From a virus (taxonomy: Duplodnaviria > Heunggongvirae > Uroviricota > Caudoviricetes), in the IMG/VR virus record IMGVR_UViG_2711768003_000003: DNA of 9,863 nt; one strand, 5' to 3'. The notes under the pieces are model-generated. The model made no database searches, was not told the DNA's origin, and saw only the letters and a list, made by a program, of their open reading frames with translations. Both the position numbers and the translations under genes were made by a program. Shown here in pieces: positions 7,264 to 9,863 of the stretch (position 1 is its first letter; each line of letters starts with the position of its first letter).

Positions 7264-7293
7264 AATATAGCCCCGGACAATGTGTCTGGTCAA
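7264..7293 (-). promoter_or_regulatory. PR'-like late promoter (presumed Q-utilisation region)
   Basis: Minus strand: -35 TTGACC (7293-7288), 18-nt spacer, -10 TATATT (7269-7264), beginning 5 nt after the Q stop codon. A 6-bp hairpin CGCCAG-caaaat-CTGGCG follows in the early transcribed region. Confidence 0.55.
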
Positions 7294-7297
7294 GCAC

Positions 7298-7684
7298 CTA
7301 CATAATTCGTTCTACGTATCTGTCCATCTCCAGCCGGATATCAAGCATCATCAACATGCCATCAATAACCCCTTCCGCTTTCTGCAGGCGCTTGCCAATA
7401 CAGGTATCCGAACACCCATGTTTCCGTGCCAGACTCATAAAAGTCATTCCACCTACGTAATAATCCACCAGCAAATCGTGCAAATCCTGATTTTTCTTGT
7501 TCAACCGGGCCATACAGCCACAAATTATCATTGCATCATCATCAGAACACTGAGGGCGTGATTTCACTTTCGACGGAATTAACCCTTTAAAACCAGCAGC
7601 GATCGACGCCCAGGATACATCTTCATGAGTGTTTGCAGCCCAAGCCCCCCACCGTTCCATAACCTGCTGAATATCACGCGCCAT
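7298..7684 (-). CDS. Q: Late-gene antiterminator Q (QuuD-like family)
   Basis: Product [61 protein letters not shown]... closely resembles my recollection of DLP12 QuuD. Start chosen at ATG 7682-7684 (AGGTGA 5 nt upstream) rather than the ORF-track ATG at 7705. Sits directly upstream of the promoter-terminator pair. Confidence 0.85.
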   Translation of the reverse strand: MARDIQQVMERWGAWAANTHEDVSWASIAAGFKGLIPSKVKSRPQCSDDDAMIICGCMARLNKKNQDLHDLLVDYYVGGMTFMSLARKHGCSDTCIGKRLQKAEGVIDGMLMMLDIRLEMDRYVERIM

Positions 7685-8045
7685 CGTTATCACCTGTGAT
7701 TTCATAAATCTTCACGCCCAGTCGCCCACCAGGAACGAGCTGACCGCGCACAATATTGATTTCATCAAACTGCTCGTCGTCTATGAGTAGTCCGGCATGC
7801 GTCAGCGCATCCAGTGGTGCTTTCAGGATATTGTCCAGGTCACGACGGCGCTTATCCGGTGGCTCTGCAATAATCTTTATCGCCAGCCTTCCGGACAGGT
7901 TTAATTTCAGCCGCTGCTGGCGAACAATTAGCGTCACATCACGGCGATAACGCTCACCAACTTTTGATACAAAATATGTGCTGCCACGACGTCGCCAGTA
8001 AGTATTCACCGTCGGCGGATAAGGTAAAATAAACTCATGGCGCAT
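7674..8045 (-). CDS. rusA: RusA-family Holliday junction resolvase
   Basis: 123-aa ORF, ATG 8043-8045 with GGAGGTG upstream. Conserved RusA features ([12 protein letters not shown], acidic DLDN...LIDDEQ) and typical position in the nin region just before Q. Confidence 0.9.
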   Translation of the reverse strand: MRHEFILPYPPTVNTYWRRRGSTYFVSKVGERYRRDVTLIVRQQRLKLNLSGRLAIKIIAEPPDKRRRDLDNILKAPLDALTHAGLLIDDEQFDEINIVRGQLVPGGRLGVKIYEITGDNDGA

Positions 8046-8287
8046 CAGCGCAGCACCTCCTGCACCATTTTTTCAAACTTTCCAACTTTGGTTTCCAGCT
8101 CTGCCACACAATCAACGAGCTCATCCACCGCTTTTTGTGCGCGATGTTTCGCCTGCATCAGTTCCCTGAGCGCTGGCACCATATCCCGACGAATGGCATC
8201 TTTTGTTACACCTGTTTTTTCCAGTTGTTCCGCCTGTCGCAACATTTCCTGCGCGTGTTTACGCAATTGTTCAGAGGTAAAAGTCAT
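8045..8287 (-). CDS. Hypothetical small alpha-helical protein (80 aa)
   Basis: The ORF-track first codon (8300-8302) is TTG; the first ATG is at 8285-8287 (MTFTSEQLRK...) with no clear SD. Stop overlaps the rusA start (TGATG) and the start lies 12 nt after the helicase stop, suggesting translational coupling. Charged, coiled-coil-like composition. Confidence 0.55.
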   Translation of the reverse strand: MTFTSEQLRKHAQEMLRQAEQLEKTGVTKDAIRRDMVPALRELMQAKHRAQKAVDELVDCVAELETKVGKFEKMVQEVLR

Positions 8288-8298
8288 TGTCTGGTTGT

Positions 8299-9690
8299 TC
8301 AAAAGAAACGCTCCATCTTACTGCTGTCGGTACGTGTATTGCTGTATCTGCGCGGCTGGGGCTGCCGCATTGGGGTGGAAAGAACCTGTGCGCTTTCCTG
8401 GTCCACAGGCAGAAAATGTCCGTTATAAAAACGCCGGTAAATCGTCCCCAGAGAACCGTTACGTTGTTTCGTGATATTAATTTCTGCTATGCCTGTAGCC
8501 TGTGTATCCGGGTTGTACACTTCATCCCTGTAAAGCATCAGAATGATGTCTGCATCCGCCTCTATTTCTCCGGAATTTTTCAGGTCTGAGTTCATGGGAC
8601 GTTTATTGGGTCTGGACTCCACACCGCGGGAGAGCTGGCTCAGCGCAATCAACGGAAAACCACCGGATTTTGCCAGGCCTTTAAGCCCCTTTGAGATTTC
8701 ACCCACGGCAAGGTCATGACGCCCCGTGGTTCGGGTTTTTATCAGCCCGAGATAATCAACCACCACCAGCGCCGTTTCCGGATGTTTAATCAGATGGTGT
8801 TTCGTTGTTGCGCATATCTCATCAATGGTCAGGTTCGCCTGGTCCACCATCCAGATATTGCGCCCGGTCATCCGCCCCACCCCTTGTGAGAAACGCGCCC
8901 AGTCTTCATCTTCAAAGTGAGCCACAGATTTCAGGCGTGATACTGGCATCCCTCCAGCCGCAGACACCATACGTTCACCAATCTGGATGTTCGCCATCTC
9001 CATGGTGAACAGAAGCACACCATGCCCCTGCTCAGTCACCTTGTCGATGATGTCCAGCGCAAGTTCGGTTTTCCCCATCGAAGGACGGGCGGCAATGAAT
9101 ACCAGGTCTCCGGGCTCCATACCGCCTGTTTTTGCGTCCAGTTCATCAATACCGGTCATCAACGTCCTGGATTTCTCCAGCCCCTGATTCCGGCATTCAA
9201 CACGCTCAACCACTTCCGGAAGCACATCATCAATATGTACCGGCTGAATGACGCCCTTTCCTGTCGACAGTGTGACCATCATGTTCTGCGCATCCTTCAG
9301 GGCATCTTCAGCTGCTTCACAGGTATGCGCATCACGTAATTTCTGCAGCGCCTCATTCAGTGTTTTTTCTGCATCGCGCAGTGCGGCATTGCGCCGCAAC
9401 GCTGCAACATAGTGCTCCAGTGAAGACTTCACCCAGGTTTTACGCCCGGTATCAGTAATCACCGGGGCAAGTTCCGGCATCTCATTACACAACAGCACGG
9501 GGTCAATCACTCCTGAAACACGGGCCTGTCTGCAGATGCCTGTGTAGATATCCCGATACGCTCGTACAGAAAAAATGTCCGCCGGTAGTGTGATCAGAAT
9601 ATCCATCACTTCATGATCTGCCCCACGCAGAAAGAATGCGCCAATGACAGCGCCTTCCAGGTCATCATTACGCCAGACTGGTGTTGTCAT
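8299..9690 (-). CDS. DnaB-family replicative helicase
   Basis: RecA-like core with Walker A (ARPSMGKT), Walker B (VVVDYLGLI) and downstream DnaB-like blocks (LSQLSRGVESRPNKRPMNSDLKNSGEIEADADIILMLYRDEVY, KQRNGSLGT). The ORF-track start at 9831 is GTG with a junk-like extension; the ATG at 9688-9690 (MTTPVWRNDDLEGAVIG) has GGTG upstream and is preferred. Confidence 0.9.
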   Translation of the reverse strand: MTTPVWRNDDLEGAVIGAFFLRGADHEVMDILITLPADIFSVRAYRDIYTGICRQARVSGVIDPVLLCNEMPELAPVITDTGRKTWVKSSLEHYVAALRRNAALRDAEKTLNEALQKLRDAHTCEAAEDALKDAQNMMVTLSTGKGVIQPVHIDDVLPEVVERVECRNQGLEKSRTLMTGIDELDAKTGGMEPGDLVFIAARPSMGKTELALDIIDKVTEQGHGVLLFTMEMANIQIGERMVSAAGGMPVSRLKSVAHFEDEDWARFSQGVGRMTGRNIWMVDQANLTIDEICATTKHHLIKHPETALVVVDYLGLIKTRTTGRHDLAVGEISKGLKGLAKSGGFPLIALSQLSRGVESRPNKRPMNSDLKNSGEIEADADIILMLYRDEVYNPDTQATGIAEINITKQRNGSLGTIYRRFYNGHFLPVDQESAQVLSTPMRQPQPRRYSNTRTDSSKMERFF

Positions 9691-9863
9691 GCAGCCACAC
9701 CTCTGATACAAGAACGGTAGCTGGGCCAGTTGAACGACAACCAGTTGCGCCCCCCGTCTGTGATCCTGTCGGCAATGCGGGGGCTGATGAACGCTGGATT
9801 TGCCCCTATATTTCCAGACACCTGTTATCACTTAACCCATTACTGGCTTGCTGCCGTAGATAT

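Noticed and set aside
6861-7293. ORFs in the Q-to-ORF6N intergenic region (6861..7043 plus strand; 6921..7151 and 7069..7293 minus strand)
   Set aside because: They overlap the predicted promoter, terminator and leader hairpins; translations are low-complexity (G, R, P rich); none has a credible start context.
9691-9831. GTG start at 9831 for the helicase (510-aa version)
   Set aside because: The 47-aa extension is junk-like and has no SD; the ATG at 9690 with GGTG upstream begins a DnaB-like N-terminus.

Overview
This window reads as an all-minus-strand slice of a lambdoid prophage (transcription runs from high to low coordinates), annotated from the sequence alone with no database search. 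Gene order: DnaB-family helicase, small helical protein, RusA resolvase, Q-type antiterminator, late promoter PR' and terminator tR', an ORF6N-domain cargo protein, four tightly packed tRNAs (Ile-CAU, Arg-UCU, Thr-UGU, Gly-UCC), a 354-nt run of N, then a phage-21-type lysis cassette (pinholin S with its 5' end lost in the gap, SAR endolysin, Rz/Rz1), HNH endonuclease, a cos-like intergenic region, terminase small and large subunits, a small 2-TM protein and the portal. No part of this looks like a wholly new system; the module order is conventional. The observations most worth a second look are: (1) the portal's canonical start (GGAGG then GTG at 1272-1274) is out of frame with the portal body, suggesting a 1-nt indel or pseudogene; (2) the four-tRNA cargo cluster decoding A-ending codons; (3) the ORF6N cargo gene with its own sigma70-like promoter; (4) the assembly gap sitting exactly in the Q-to-S locus where related phages carry toxin or other cargo genes. 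Start codons were checked by hand; several ORF-track starts are GTG/TTG and were moved to internal ATGs with Shine-Dalgarno support.
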